Origin: an uncultured Pseudomonadota bacterium
Lineage (GTDB): Bacteria; Vulcanimicrobiota; Vulcanimicrobiia; Eremiobacterales; Eremiobacteraceae
Length of the DNA stretch: 64,000 nucleotides
Direction: 5' to 3'
NCBI GenBank assembly: GCA_963736005.1
Contig: CAVTNB010000001.1
Span: 1,991,379-2,055,378, forward strand
A program made the translations under genes and the position numbers. Shown in pieces: positions 10,309 through 20,762 of this stretch. Numbering within the stretch: the first letter of the stretch is position 1; each line of letters opens with the position of its first letter. The notes beneath the pieces are model-generated. The model searched no databases. It was not told where the DNA came from and was given only the letters and a program-made list of their open reading frames with translations.

Positions 10309-11592
10309 GTGAAAGGACTTTCCTTTTCGCTAATTTTCTGGCGACTCGCCATCGTCGCCGCGATCTTTGTGATCGCGGACCTCGCCTCAGCTCCGCCGGT
10401 TCTTGGTTCTGGCCCAACAGTTGCCGTTACCGCGTTTGCGAACGGCGCTGGAGCGCCCGCCGGCACGGTGAGCGCTCTGAGCTCGGCCCTCTACCAGTCG
10501 GTGGACCAGTCGGGCAAATATAGCGCTGTCGGCGGCGGCCCACTTACGGTACAACCGGCACTCGATGGCAGCATTCTCGGCCCAGCCATCGATGCCGCAT
10601 CGAAAGCCGGCGCCGAGGAAGTTGTCGTCAGCGAGCTCGTCAGCGCGTCAGGCGGAAGTGTGGTGTACCGGCTGAGCGCCTACCGTGTTGCCCCGCTGAT
10701 GTTCATTCGCACGCAGATTTTTTCGCAGTCGTCGCTTGCTGGCCCATCGCTAACCGCAGGCTTCGTGACCAACCTGGCTACCCTGCACCAGCCCCGCTCC
10801 GCAATCGGCACGATTTACTCGCTCGAAAATGGCGTCCATGCAGACTTAGGATCAGTCTACGGATTCCAACTCGGTCAGCAGTTCAATGTGATGCGCAGCG
10901 GCCAAAAGATGGCGCAAGCACAGATCAATGCGATTGAGGACGACTCCGCCACGGTCGAAATCACAAACCCAGCGAATGGGTACAAGCCACAAGTCGGCGA
11001 CCAACTCATTGGACTTCAACCGCTTCCGGCACTCAATCCGCCGCAGAAGAGTTCTTCAAACACCTTCACCATTTGGGGATTGGTTGTGGCAACCGGAGTC
11101 GCGCTGCTTGCGATCGGCCACCATGGCAACGCGGCAACGGCCAACACTGGACCCGCAACGTCACCGAGTCCAATTGGTGGATTCGCGGTCACAGGTGCGC
11201 AAACAAGCGGCGTGCGACCGACGGAAACCTTTACCTTCACGTTCAATCAGCCGGTCGATACAAGCACCGTTGACTTCACGGGCACAAACCAAGTGTACTA
11301 CAACATCACCGGCCTGGGGAGCAATCAGCCGTTGACGAGTCTCGGCGGTGGAACACCAACGTTCGACCCAACCAACATGATCCTCACTGTCACCACCAAT
11401 GGCGCTCCAACACCGGGCCAGCAGATCAATTTCTTCTTCACATCGTCTATCCTAGACACCCTCGGTATTGCGTTAACACCTGCAAATTTCTCGTTCACGT
11501 CATCTGCTCACCATCATCCAGCAACTCACGTCCATGCGCCGCAACCGACGCCAAGGCACGGCGGCGGCAGCCACAACCCCAACCCGAACTAA
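10309..11592 (+). CDS. secreted/membrane protein with CsgG/FlgT-like N-terminal region and Ig-like C-terminal domain
   Basis: Signal-like N-terminus, VAVTAFAN, DLGSVYGFQLGQQFNV, internal hydrophobic helix, FTFTFNQPVDTSTV. Domain names are pattern-based only. Confidence 0.55.
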   Translation: MKGLSFSLIFWRLAIVAAIFVIADLASAPPVLGSGPTVAVTAFANGAGAPAGTVSALSSALYQSVDQSGKYSAVGGGPLTVQPALDGSILGPAIDAASKAGAEEVVVSELVSASGGSVVYRLSAYRVAPLMFIRTQIFSQSSLAGPSLTAGFVTNLATLHQPRSAIGTIYSLENGVHADLGSVYGFQLGQQFNVMRSGQKMAQAQINAIEDDSATVEITNPANGYKPQVGDQLIGLQPLPALNPPQKSSSNTFTIWGLVVATGVALLAIGHHGNAATANTGPATSPSPIGGFAVTGAQTSGVRPTETFTFTFNQPVDTSTVDFTGTNQVYYNITGLGSNQPLTSLGGGTPTFDPTNMILTVTTNGAPTPGQQINFFFTSSILDTLGIALTPANFSFTSSAHHHPATHVHAPQPTPRHGGGSHNPNPN

Positions 11593-11656
11593 TGTAGGGG
11601 GCGATTGGAAAATCGCCCAACCGCCTAAATGTAGGGGGCGATTGGAAAATCGCCCC
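11593..11656 (+). repeat. GTAG-type REP family B, two tandem copies
   Basis: TGTAGGGGGCGATTGGAAAATCGCCC at 11593 and 11630. Confidence 0.9.
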
Positions 11657-11661
11657 ATTAC

Positions 11662-11700
11662 AAAAAAGAGACGCGAAGCCAAGGCCTCGCGTTTTCTCTT
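11662..11700. terminator. probable bidirectional intrinsic terminator
   Basis: A-tract, GACGCGA...TCGCGTT stem, T-rich tail between convergent genes. Confidence 0.6.
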
Positions 11701-13382
11701 TAGATAGACCATTCCCAAGGATTCCAAAAGGTCGTGACCGCATGCGCGGGCTTATAGCCCCGAACGTCCGAGTTTGCGACGTCTTGTCTCACGTCGAACC
11801 ACAGAACGATGATCGGGTCTTGCTGAGCTAAGATCTCCTGGATGCGATCGTAGGCGGCTTTTCGCTTTGCCCGATCGTAGACGCTTAGCGCGATATTTTC
11901 CGCAGCATCCAGGCGCCGGTCGCAGAAGCGGAAATAGTTGGACCCCCATGGCGGACGCTGATTGCACATAAAGATTTGGGAATCATCGGGGTCGACGCCG
12001 TTTGACCAGGAGTCAAAAAAAACGTCAAACTTTCCGGTCCGGTAAATGCCGGCTGGACCTCCAAGCACATCGGTCGGGTATTGCTTGATGTCGACAACCG
12101 CACCGACCTTTTTCCAATCGTGTTGCACGAGCACCACCACGGCCGAGCCTAATGCGGCGCCCGTCGCGCTCACAAGCGTCAGCTCTAGGGGCTGTCCATT
12201 CTTTGAACGCACGCCATCGGGTCCAAGTTTCCATCCGGCATCGTCAAGCAATTTCGCAGCGCGAGCCGGATCGTAGGGATACTGCCTAACCTTTGGATCG
12301 AACGCCCACAAAAAAGGCGGCTGGTCGCTCCCTGCCGGCAAGTACCGTCCGTGCGTGAGGGCCGTTCCCATGCGCACAATGTTGGTTGCATAGTGGAGCG
12401 CCTCGCGCACGCGAGGGTCGCTCACGACGGGCCGTTCGGTATTAAAATCCAGCGACTCGAAACTTGTAAACGGAATTTGATAGACCTTGATCCCCGGCTC
12501 GCCGGTGAGCGCCGCAATTTGATCGGCCGGCGCAGCAATTCGAAAATCAACTTCGTGCGTTCTGAACTGCGTCAAGATCGTGTCGTCATTTGGAATAATC
12601 TTGAAGATGATTTCTTTTAATCGCGGTGGGCCACGCCAATATGCGGCATTCGCGACCATGCGGATTTCTATGTCCTTTTCGTTCTCGATCACGCGAAATG
12701 GACCGGTGCCGATCGGCAAGTTGTTGAACGCCACCTGGTTGAGATCTGCGTAGCTCGAGAGCAGATGCTTGGGCAAGATGCTATACGTTGCATCCGCCGG
12801 CGCAAAGAAGGTCTCAACGAAGGGAGCGAAGGGCTTCTTCAAATGCACTCTGATGGTGAAGGCATTGAGTTTCTCGATCGACGCCACCGAGTCATAACCC
12901 ATTCTGCTTTGGACGTTGTTGCGCGGGTTGAGCACCTGCCGCCACGAGAAGATGACGTCGTCCGCCGAAAACGGTGCGCCATCTTGCCATCGCACGCGCG
13001 GACGTAAATGATACGTGATGGTCAAACCGTCTTGGCTGATGCCTCCGTCTTGCTGTGTCGGCACCTGGGTGGCTAGTTCGGGGACGAGTTCGCTACGATC
13101 GTTCCAGCGAAAAAGATAAGCGCCCCAAAACATCGAGAGGTCGGTTGCCACTTGCCCGAAGGAGAGCATCGGATTGAGGTTATCTGGTTGACGCGTGTCC
13201 GCGATCCGAAGCACTCCGCGCACGGTCCACGGGTTTGTTCCCGATCCAACGGCCGTCTCGTGCGGCCCGACCCGCGTGCAAGCAACCAACAGCACAAGCA
13301 CAACCAAATGTAGTCGCGCGAATTTATTCGCGCGCCCTTTCGCATGTAGCCGCGCGAATTTATTCGCGCGCCCTATCCTCAC
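11700..13382 (-). CDS. peptide/nickel ABC transporter substrate-binding lipoprotein (family 5)
   Basis: Lipobox LLVAC, DGLTITYHLR, WQDGAPFSADDV, PIGTGPF; GTG start overlaps the cvpA stop. Confidence 0.92.
   Translation of the reverse strand: MRIGRANKFARLHAKGRANKFARLHLVVLVLLVACTRVGPHETAVGSGTNPWTVRGVLRIADTRQPDNLNPMLSFGQVATDLSMFWGAYLFRWNDRSELVPELATQVPTQQDGGISQDGLTITYHLRPRVRWQDGAPFSADDVIFSWRQVLNPRNNVQSRMGYDSVASIEKLNAFTIRVHLKKPFAPFVETFFAPADATYSILPKHLLSSYADLNQVAFNNLPIGTGPFRVIENEKDIEIRMVANAAYWRGPPRLKEIIFKIIPNDDTILTQFRTHEVDFRIAAPADQIAALTGEPGIKVYQIPFTSFESLDFNTERPVVSDPRVREALHYATNIVRMGTALTHGRYLPAGSDQPPFLWAFDPKVRQYPYDPARAAKLLDDAGWKLGPDGVRSKNGQPLELTLVSATGAALGSAVVVLVQHDWKKVGAVVDIKQYPTDVLGGPAGIYRTGKFDVFFDSWSNGVDPDDSQIFMCNQRPPWGSNYFRFCDRRLDAAENIALSVYDRAKRKAAYDRIQEILAQQDPIIVLWFDVRQDVANSDVRGYKPAHAVTTFWNPWEWSI
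13309..13370 (+). repeat. GTAG-type REP family C, two copies, within the predicted 5' end of the substrate-binding gene
   Basis: TGTAG(T/C)CGCGCGAATTTATTCGCGCG twice; antisense encodes RANKFARLH twice. Confidence 0.88.
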
Positions 13383-13909
13383 AGATGGTGCCTAGCCAGA
13401 AACCACCGCTCCCATGGCCGCGCTCGACCGGGAAGCGAGGCGTCGATCATTGCATAGGCAGGGCTGTTGAGAGATTCAATCAGCGTCACCGTCGGCGAGT
13501 GACGGAGCGTCGTTCGAACATCCGGCGCCATTGGAAAGAACAGGCCGATAAACAAGATCAGCCACAGCGCAAGCACGGCCTTGGCGCACGCGACAATGCC
13601 GCCGCCCACACCGCTTGCCGCCTTCAAGACTGGCCGAGCAATGGTTCGTTCGGCTGCCCAACCCGCTAGTCGAGTCAACCCAAACGCAAACAAAAAGAGA
13701 AGCCAAAAGCCCGCAAGGTGCGCCGACGCTGGAGGAAGGCCAAAGCTGTGTTGGAGGCTTGGAGTCATGGTGCCGGCCAGCGCCCCGGCGATGACCCACG
13801 CCACGATAATGGATACCAAGCCAATAGCCTCGCCGACGAGGCCCACGCGATAGCCTCCCCAAAACGCGACCGCCAGAGTCAAGATGACGAGCCCGTCGGC
13901 CCAGGTCAC
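13379..13909 (-). CDS. CvpA family membrane protein
   Basis: D-x-LVILTLAVAFWGGYRVGLVGE N-terminus, four TM helices, GVGGGIV motif. Confidence 0.8.
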   Translation of the reverse strand: MTWADGLVILTLAVAFWGGYRVGLVGEAIGLVSIIVAWVIAGALAGTMTPSLQHSFGLPPASAHLAGFWLLFLFAFGLTRLAGWAAERTIARPVLKAASGVGGGIVACAKAVLALWLILFIGLFFPMAPDVRTTLRHSPTVTLIESLNSPAYAMIDASLPGRARPWERWFLARHHL

Positions 13910-13912
13910 AGA

Positions 13913-16362
13913 CTATTCACGAAGCGTAGCGCCAAAGCGATCCCGCAGGATCGCGACGATTGCATCCTTTGAAGCATTGGCTTCTTCATCCGTGATGGTT
14001 GCATCTGGTTTTCTCAAGGTCACCGTCAACGCAATGCTTTTTTTCCCAGGTCCGATCTGCGGCCCTTGGTACTCGTCAAACGCGCGCACGCTCTCACAAT
14101 ATGGCGTACCACTGGATCGTATGGCGTTCATGAAATCCCCTGCGGCAATGCTGGCGTCGACGACCACGGCGATATCGCGCTTGGTGGCCGGGAACTTCGG
14201 CAGTGGTCGATACTGAACCACGGGCTTGTATTGCGCCATATTCTCAAGATACAAAGCAAACGCATACGTGGTCTGCGGTAACTCGAATGCGCGCGCGAGT
14301 TTCGGGTGCACGCGTCCGAACTTGGCGACAACGCGATCCCCCGAACGCAACACCCCGGCCGCACCCGGATGAAAATACGCGCGCTCGCGTTGCTCGGTCA
14401 AAAGTTCGCCTTGTGTCAGCGAGTGCACAATTGTTTCGACGTCACCCTTCATTTCGAGCAGGTGTCGATCCAGCGCAGACTCCGAATCGTCTTCTCCAAA
14501 CGCAACCAGACCGGCGAGCGACGGCCACTCGATCACGCCGTTGTCGGTGTAGACGCCGGCGTGCGGCTTCGCGGCGGGTGAGTCGCCCGGGGCAATCGGA
14601 TGGAAGATGTGACCAATTTCAAAAAGCCGCAACTCACCTGCAGCGCCTGGCCACCATTTCGCAGCGGCCACCAGCAGACCGGGCAGCAAACTGGGCCGCA
14701 AGAAGCGTTGGTCTTCGGAGAGTGGGTTTCTCACCGTCACCACGTCGCTCCAATATGGAAGGCCGGAGCGTTCCCAAGCTGCAATCGTCTTGGCGCCTTG
14801 GAGCGGGATGCTCACGATCTCGTGATAACCCAGTGCGGCAACGCTTCTCGAAAGCGCGGATTCTTGGTCGTAGAGACCCTCGTCGACTACCTGCGGTGCC
14901 GCCAGCACGCGCACCTCGGGAATCGCATCGTATCCAATGCCTCTGGCAATCTCCTCGATCACGTCAACTTCTTCGCCGACATCGGGGCGCCAGTAGGGCA
15001 CCGTTACCTCGAGTTCCGCGTCACCTTGTGCTTCCAAGTCGATGGCGCGCAGTGCTTCTTTCATTTGCGCAACTGAGAAGGCTGACCCGAGCAGACGATT
15101 GACGCGCGAGGCTCGGGCACGCACGCGGCGCAGCGGCCCCGGTTGCTCGCCTACTTCGAGAACTCGGCTGGGCTTTGCACCGGCTTGGATGAGCAATTGT
15201 GCCGCACGCTTTCGACCGACTTCCGGGAGTTCGAGTGGGAGATCTTTTTCATGCCGAAGGGCGCCTTCTGTGCGCAAGCCGAGCGCGATCGAGGCTCGGC
15301 GCACGCGCTTTCCGACGAAGTTGGGAGACTCCACGACAAGCTCTTGCGTCTGCATCGTCACGCCAGAGTCCGCTCCGCCCATGATACCAGCGATGCCAAT
15401 GGGTCCTTCGCCGTCAGCGATGACCGGCGTCCCCACCGGGAGCATGCGCTCCACGCCATCGAGCGTCACAACTTTCTCACCATCCCGCGCAGCGCGCGCC
15501 ACGATCTTTCCGCCACGGATTTTCGCGGCGTCGTAGAAATGTAGTGGCTGTCCTGTCTCGATCTGGACGAAATTTGAAATGTCGACGAGCAGGTTCAAGC
15601 TGCGCACGCCCGCAGCGGCCAAGCGCAGCGCCATCCACATGGGTGCCCGACGGTTCGATATCCCTGAAAAGCACTGTCCGAGCAGCCGCCGGCAGATTGC
15701 TGGATCCTCGATGGCAACGGTAATCGCGCACGGCGCGTCGCCGGTTCCCTGATCGAGAGCGAGCGGCCGAAACGGAGCGCGCAACCCGGCTGCCGCTTCC
15801 CGCGCAAGGCCAACGATCGAAAGTCCGTCTGGACGGTTTGAGGGAACGTCCACGTCCAAAACGGCGTCACCAAAGCGCGCCACGTGCCAAAAATCTTTAC
15901 CCACTGGCGCGTCATCTTCCATGATCAGAATTCCATCGTCGTAGTCGCCTGGCAACGCGAGCTCGTCGGGCGAGCACATCATGCCGTTTGACTCGACTCC
16001 CCGCAGCGTGCTGCGTTCGATTCGTTTGGTCTCGGTGGGGACACCGTCCCCCGCCGCGCTCCACGCGCGTAGACGACCGAACCAACAACGGCAATGGGCA
16101 CTTTATTGCCCACGGCAACATTGGTTGCGCCCGTGACGATTTGGAGCTTCTCGCTCCCGATGTCGACCGTGCTGAGCAGCAGTCGATCGGCGTTAGGATG
16201 CCGGGCGAGCTTCTCAATTTTGCCGACGACAATCCGCTGCGGCGTTGGCTGAACTGCCATGCCGTCGACCGCAAAGCCGCGCTGCGTCAGCGCACTGGCA
16301 AACGCGTCGGGCGCCGCGTCGGTTTCAATGAAATCGCGCAGCCACGAAACGGGGACGCGCAT
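13913..16362 (-). CDS. pheT: phenylalanine--tRNA ligase beta subunit (one apparent frameshift near 16050)
   Basis: MRVPVSWLRDF, HPNADRL, IVTGATNV (15979-16362) continue as GMMCS...PSNRPD...GQPLHFYD...KFPATKRDIA (13913-15982). Confidence 0.95.
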
Positions 16363-17384
16363 CAGGCAAATTGCTCCACAAAGCCGGGATCGTTATCCGT
16401 GAACAGACGAATGTCATCGATGCCATTGCGCACCATCGCGATGCGCTCGATACCCAAGCCGAAAGCCCAACCCGTGTAGATCTCCGGATCGTATCCGGCG
16501 GTCTTGAGCACGTGCGGATGGACCATGCCGCAGCCGCCCATCTCGAGCCAGCCTGAGCCGCCGCAGGTGCGACACCCCGCTCCATCACACACAGGACACG
16601 AGACATCAACCTCCGCTGACGGTTCCGTGAACTGAAAATACGAGGGTCGAAAACGCGTCCGGCGCGAGTGACCGTACAGATGGCGGCACAGGTCGCTGAC
16701 AAACCCCTTGAGGTGACCAAACGTAATGCCGCGGTCGATGTGCAATCCTTCGAACTGATGGAAAGCAAAAGCGTGCCTCGCATCCAACGCATCGCGACGG
16801 TACGCCCGACCTGGCACCAAGATAGCGATGGGCGGCGGATACTCGAGCATCGCTCGCACCTGCATAGGTGAGGTGTGCGTTCGCAGCAGCGCCTCCGACG
16901 ATAAATAGAACGTGTCCATGGCATCGCGGGCGGGGTGATCGGCTGGTATGTTCATGACCTCAAAGTTGTAGTACTCGGTTTCAACTTCGGGGCCCATGAC
17001 GATCGCAAACCCTCGGCTGCGAAAAAACATCGCGACGTCATCGAGGGCCTGGCGCAAGATGTGCAACGAACCGCGCTTGGGTTCGCTGCCTGGGAACGTC
17101 ACGTCGAAGCGTCGGGCGAGCGCTTTCTCGAGGGCGGCATCAGAGAGCCGCAGCATCAGCCGTTCGAAGTGCTCCTCGATGCGCGCCTTCGTCTCGTTGG
17201 CTCGCCGGCCAAACTCGGCCCGCTCTTCCTTTGGGAGCTTGCCGACCCCAGACATAATTTGGGAAAGCCGGCCGCCTTTGCGGCCTAAAATGTCGGTTCG
17301 CAGCGCCTCGAGATCTTGCGCCGTCCGAACCTCGGCAGCTCGGCGCTCGACTTCGGCTTCCAACGCCGCTAGTTGATCGTCCAC
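16362..17384 (-). CDS. pheS: phenylalanine--tRNA ligase alpha subunit
   Basis: HPARDAMDTFY, LLRTHTS, FRPSYFQFTEPSAE, GWAFGLGIERIAM. Confidence 0.98.
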   Translation of the reverse strand: MDDQLAALEAEVERRAAEVRTAQDLEALRTDILGRKGGRLSQIMSGVGKLPKEERAEFGRRANETKARIEEHFERLMLRLSDAALEKALARRFDVTFPGSEPKRGSLHILRQALDDVAMFFRSRGFAIVMGPEVETEYYNFEVMNIPADHPARDAMDTFYLSSEALLRTHTSPMQVRAMLEYPPPIAILVPGRAYRRDALDARHAFAFHQFEGLHIDRGITFGHLKGFVSDLCRHLYGHSRRTRFRPSYFQFTEPSAEVDVSCPVCDGAGCRTCGGSGWLEMGGCGMVHPHVLKTAGYDPEIYTGWAFGLGIERIAMVRNGIDDIRLFTDNDPGFVEQFA

Positions 17385-17399
17385 ACGCGCTCCCAGCCC

Positions 17400-17433
17400 A
17401 AAAAAAGAAGAAGGCCGCGTTCTCTGCGGCCAC
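17400..17433 (-). terminator. intrinsic terminator just upstream of pheS
   Basis: GGCCGC-AGAGAAC-GCGGCC followed by TTCTTCTTTTTTT. Confidence 0.8.
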
Positions 17434-17474
17434 TTCCTATTAAAGCCCTCGCGCGCCCTGCACCGGTGTAGGTG

Positions 17475-17576
17475 CTAACGCGAATCTTGGGGTGCCATCC
17501 GCTTATAAAGCAAATAAGCCTTGATCGAACCAGTTGTAAGAAAGAGTTTCCAGAACAGTGCGGGAGAGAGTAGCAG
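17475..17576 (-). CDS. YqzL-like small protein (33 aa, CTG start)
   Basis: AAGGAGG at 17586-17592, 9 nt spacer, CTG start: MLLSPALFWKLFLTTGSIKAYLLYKRMAPQDSR; W-x-x-F-x-x-TG-x-I-x-x-YLL pattern of YqzL. Below ORF track cutoff. Confidence 0.75.
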   Translation of the reverse strand: MLLSPALFWKLFLTTGSIKAYLLYKRMAPQDSR

Positions 17577-17618
17577 TGTCGCCGACCTCCTTATGTTCCT
17601 ACTAGTTCACCGGGCATT

Positions 17619-17648
17619 AGTATATCATAGGAGGCGAAAAGGAAGCAA
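17619..17648 (-). promoter_or_regulatory. sigma70-type promoter for the YqzL-like ORF
   Basis: TTGCTT-N18-TATACT with extended -10 TG. Confidence 0.55.
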
Positions 17649-17669
17649 GGTCGCTTGGGGGCTTGACAT

Positions 17670-18503
17670 TTACGTATCATTCGTTCTCGCATGTGCGGGT
17701 CCAAGGAGCCCATGCGCACGAGCGAGCTCGTAGAGTAAAATCGCGCCGGCAACCGATGCGTTCAAAGACTCAACGGCAGTCGTTTGCGGGATAGCCAGGA
17801 TACGTTCGAAATCGCCAACGGGAATTTGTGCCAAGCCACGCCGCTCTTGGCCGACAACCAACGCAACGCGTGCGGGCAATGTGACCGACCTCACATCCAC
17901 CCCATCGGTCCCACTGCCAACAATGGCAAGATGCGCCGCTCGGGCTTGGGTAGCTAGCGCCTCCCAGGACGTAAAACCCACGATGGGAACGCGAAAGATC
18001 GAACCCATGGATGCCCGCACGACCTTGGCATTGTACGGCTCGACTGTGTGGGGTCCAAAGCAAACCGAGGCTGCCCCGAAGGCCTCGGCCGCACGGATCG
18101 AGCGTGCCGGCATTGCCGGGATCCGATAGGTTGGGCAAGACGAGCACGGTGGTTGGGTTGCTCGCGGCGACGAGGGCGGGGAGCTCCGCGATATCATGGT
18201 GGAGGAACCCGGCAACCGCGACGATTCCCTGGGGGGCTTGCGTCTGCGCAAGTGAATCGATCGTCCGTCGATCGACAACGTGGATTGGGACTTGGGCCTG
18301 GTTCAGCCGCGCAAGCAGTTCGTCTGAAAGTTCATCGCGCAGGGCAAAGACCCGTTCGACCCCCGTGCCAGCGTCGAGCGCTCGCCCAGCAGCTGCACGC
18401 CCTCAATGAGAAAGCACCGTCGTTCGTGGCGGTGCTTTTTTTGTGCAGTAGGCGCGCGGCGCGGACCGTGCGTGCTGTGAAAGCCGCGCTCGCCTCGGCC
18501 ACG
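17670..18503 (-). CDS. TrmH/SpoU family RNA methyltransferase (several apparent frameshifts)
   Basis: Fragments FLIEGV, LSDPGNAGT, RAAEAFG, KVVRASMGS, VGQERRG, ESLNASVA; usual position between rplT and pheS. Start approximate. Confidence 0.85.
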
Positions 18504-18509
18504 AACCCG

Positions 18510-18882
18510 CTACGCGCCGCGGCGTTCGCGGGCGGATGCTTCTTTGCGATCTCGAGCAACGCGGTGAACGCTGCATGGTCATTGATTGCGAGATCGGCCA
18601 GCATCTTGCGGTTGAGGTTGCAGTCCCTCTTTGCGTAGACCGCTCACGAGCCGGTTATAATTGAGACCCTCGCATCGTGCCGCTGCGTTGATGCGCGTGA
18701 TCCACAGCGCGCGGAAGTCGCGCTTGCGGACGCGCCGGTCGCGAAACGCGTAGATGAGCGAGTGCAGCAGCGCTTCGTTCGCGGCTTTGTACGTGCGGCC
18801 GCGGGCGCCGCGAAAATCCTTTGCCGCTTTGAGCACTTGCTTCGCTTCTTGAGCGCGATCACCCGCGTTTGACGCGTGCCAT
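18510..18882 (-). CDS. rplT: 50S ribosomal protein L20 (apparent frameshifts)
   Basis: MARVKRG start, [37 protein letters not shown] across frames. Confidence 0.95.
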
Positions 18883-18926
18883 GATCGTGCTCTCCTCGCA
18901 CTTGACGCGCACGGCGAACTCGCCGT

Positions 18927-19121
18927 TCATGCGTAGGCAGATGGCTGACGTCGGTCGGTATTGTCGGCCACGACCTGCTTGCGGAACTTGCGGATCCGCT
19001 TGGGGGACTTCTTGGTCAAGATGTGGCTGCATCCCGAGAACTGCCGCTCGCGCACGAACTTGCCGGTGCCCGTCACCTTGACGCGCTTCGCCGCCCCACG
19101 GTGTGTTTTCAGTTTTGGCAT
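18927..19121 (-). CDS. rpmI: 50S ribosomal protein L35 (C-terminus probably frameshifted)
   Basis: [21 protein letters not shown]...[12 protein letters not shown]. Confidence 0.95.
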   Translation of the reverse strand: MPKLKTHRGAAKRVKVTGTGKFVRERQFSGCSHILTKKSPKRIRKFRKQVVADNTDRRQPSAYA

Positions 19122-19129
19122 TCGTTTCC

Positions 19130-19701
19130 TCACGCTCGGGTGCTTCGGCCTGGGGCGAGCGCTGCTTTGCGCGGTCGCGCGGCGACGACTTCCTGCTTGG
19201 GCGAGAGGATCATGAACATGTTGCGGCCCTCAAGCCGTGGCTCGCGCTCGACGACTCGCGATCTTCGCGGTGTCGGCGACCACGCGGTCGAGCAGCCGTC
19301 GTCCGTGCTGTGAATAGGAGATCTCGCGACCGCGGAACATGATCGTCACTTTCACCTTGTCGCCGTCTTGAACAGCAGCCGCTCGGCGGTGCGGAACTTC
19401 ATTTGGTAGTCGTGCTCCTCGATCTTCGGGCGCAGCTTGACTTCGTTGAGCTCCATGTTATGCGCTTTCTTGCGCGCCTCTCGGTCTTTCTTGTTCTGTT
19501 CGTAGCGTAGTCGTCCATAGTCATCAAGCCGGCAAACGGGTGGCACTGCGGTTGGCGAGACTTCGATCAGGTCAACGCCCCGTTCGCGGGCGAGGGAAGG
19601 CGCTCGCAGGTGGACATGATGCCGAGTTGTGCACCGTCGTCCGCGATAACGCGGACTTGGGGCACGCGAATCTGCTCGTTGACGCGGAAATGCCGGCTAA
19701 T
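19130..19701 (-). CDS. infC: translation initiation factor IF-3 (ATT start; apparent frameshifts; 3' end approximate)
   Basis: GGGAG then ATT at 19701: [29 protein letters not shown]; later [36 protein letters not shown]. Confidence 0.93.
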
Positions 19702-19772
19702 GGGCGACGCGCTCCCGCTGCTATCGGTTTAGGTAAGACTTCTCCCGGTAACAGCGGACCTTAGTCCGCGGC

Positions 19773-19897
19773 AAACAAAAAAGCCCGCAGACGCAGGCCC
19801 ACACCTGACGAAACAAACGAATGATTTCGCTGCCTTCGTCTTTCTAACCGAACTGGCAGCCGATGGATGCCGTCCGGTGCGAAGGGTAGTCGTTGCC
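19773..19897 (-). promoter_or_regulatory. L20-leader-like cis-regulatory RNA with terminator
   Basis: CACCGGACG...CGTCAGGTG long-range stem then GCCTGC-GTCT-GCGGGC-TTTTTT, upstream of infC-rpmI-rplT. Confidence 0.65.
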
Positions 19898-19901
19898 TCG
19901 G

Positions 19902-19929
19902 ATTATAACAAGGGGCCCCAGGCGGTCAA
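19902..19929 (-). promoter_or_regulatory. sigma70-type promoter of infC operon
   Basis: TTGACC-N16-TATAAT with extended -10 TG. Confidence 0.8.
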
Positions 19930-19946
19930 GGCAACATCGCGCAGCA

Positions 19947-20034
19947 TGTAGCAGCGGACCTTCAGGTCCGCTCCGCGTGCTTGGCGCGTCAATTCGGGAC
20001 ACCAACAAGGCGGACCTAAAGGTGCGCCGCTACA
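19947..20034. repeat. inverted pair of family A REPs (REPIN-like)
   Basis: Forward copy 19947-19972 and diverged reverse copy 20009-20034 ending CTACA. Confidence 0.8.
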
Positions 20035-20124
20035 TATGAGCGCCGATAAGCGCCAAAGGTCGGACTTGGCGGTGGCACGAAGAACGTCAGTAGTGGTAAA
20101 AGAAGACTATAACACGCCGCATCC

Positions 20125-20667
20125 ATGGCAAAAAAAGCGATCCGACGAGCGAAAGATCGGACTCGTGATGGTCAATACCGGGCCAGGGAAGGGCAAGACG
20201 ACAGCAGCGCTAGGGGTCGCCCTGCGGGCCATCGGCCACCATGCCCCGTGAAGATGATTCAGTTCATGAAGGGCGATCCTTTTTACGGCGAGATTCTCAT
20301 ACGGGAGCGCCTGCCTGACCTTGAGTCGAGCAGTACGGCCTCGACCGCTTCGTGGATCCCAAGAACCCGGAACCCGAGCAAGTCGAGCGTGCACGCGGGG
20401 CTTTAGGGTGGCGAGCGAAGCCGTCATGTCGGGCCAGTACCATGTCGTGATTCTTGATGAAATTAACGTCGCGATGTCGTTCGGCTTGGTCGACACGAGT
20501 ACCGTGCTTGACCTCCTCACCGCAAACCCGCGCATGTTGAAGTCATTCTAACCGGGCGCGACGTCCCTCCAGCGATCGCGGAGGTGGCCGACTATGTCAA
20601 TGTCGTTAAGGATGTCAAACACCCTTACGAAAAGAACGTTCCGGCTCGCGTTGGAATCGAGTTCTAG
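20125..20667 (+). CDS. cobO: cob(I)alamin adenosyltransferase CobO/BtuR type (apparent frameshifts)
   Basis: GLVMVNTGPGKGKTTAALG, MIQFMKG, VVILDEINVA, ILTGR, KHPY and GIEF* across frames. Confidence 0.88.
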
Positions 20668-20679
20668 CCGATGAATAAG

Positions 20680-20737
20680 GTAGTCGCGCGAATTTATTCG
20701 CACGCAAGCCATGTAGTCGCGCGAATTTATTCGCGCG
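20680..20737 (+). repeat. GTAG-type REP family C, two copies
   Basis: GTAGTCGCGCGAATTTATTCGC(A/G)CG twice. Confidence 0.88.
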
Positions 20738-20762
20738 GGTTCGAGGAAGAGCAGCAAAGCCC

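Noticed and set aside
17385..17620. T-box riboswitch upstream of pheS
   Set aside because: No UGGNACC antiterminator bulge or stem I motifs recognised; the space is occupied by a small ORF.
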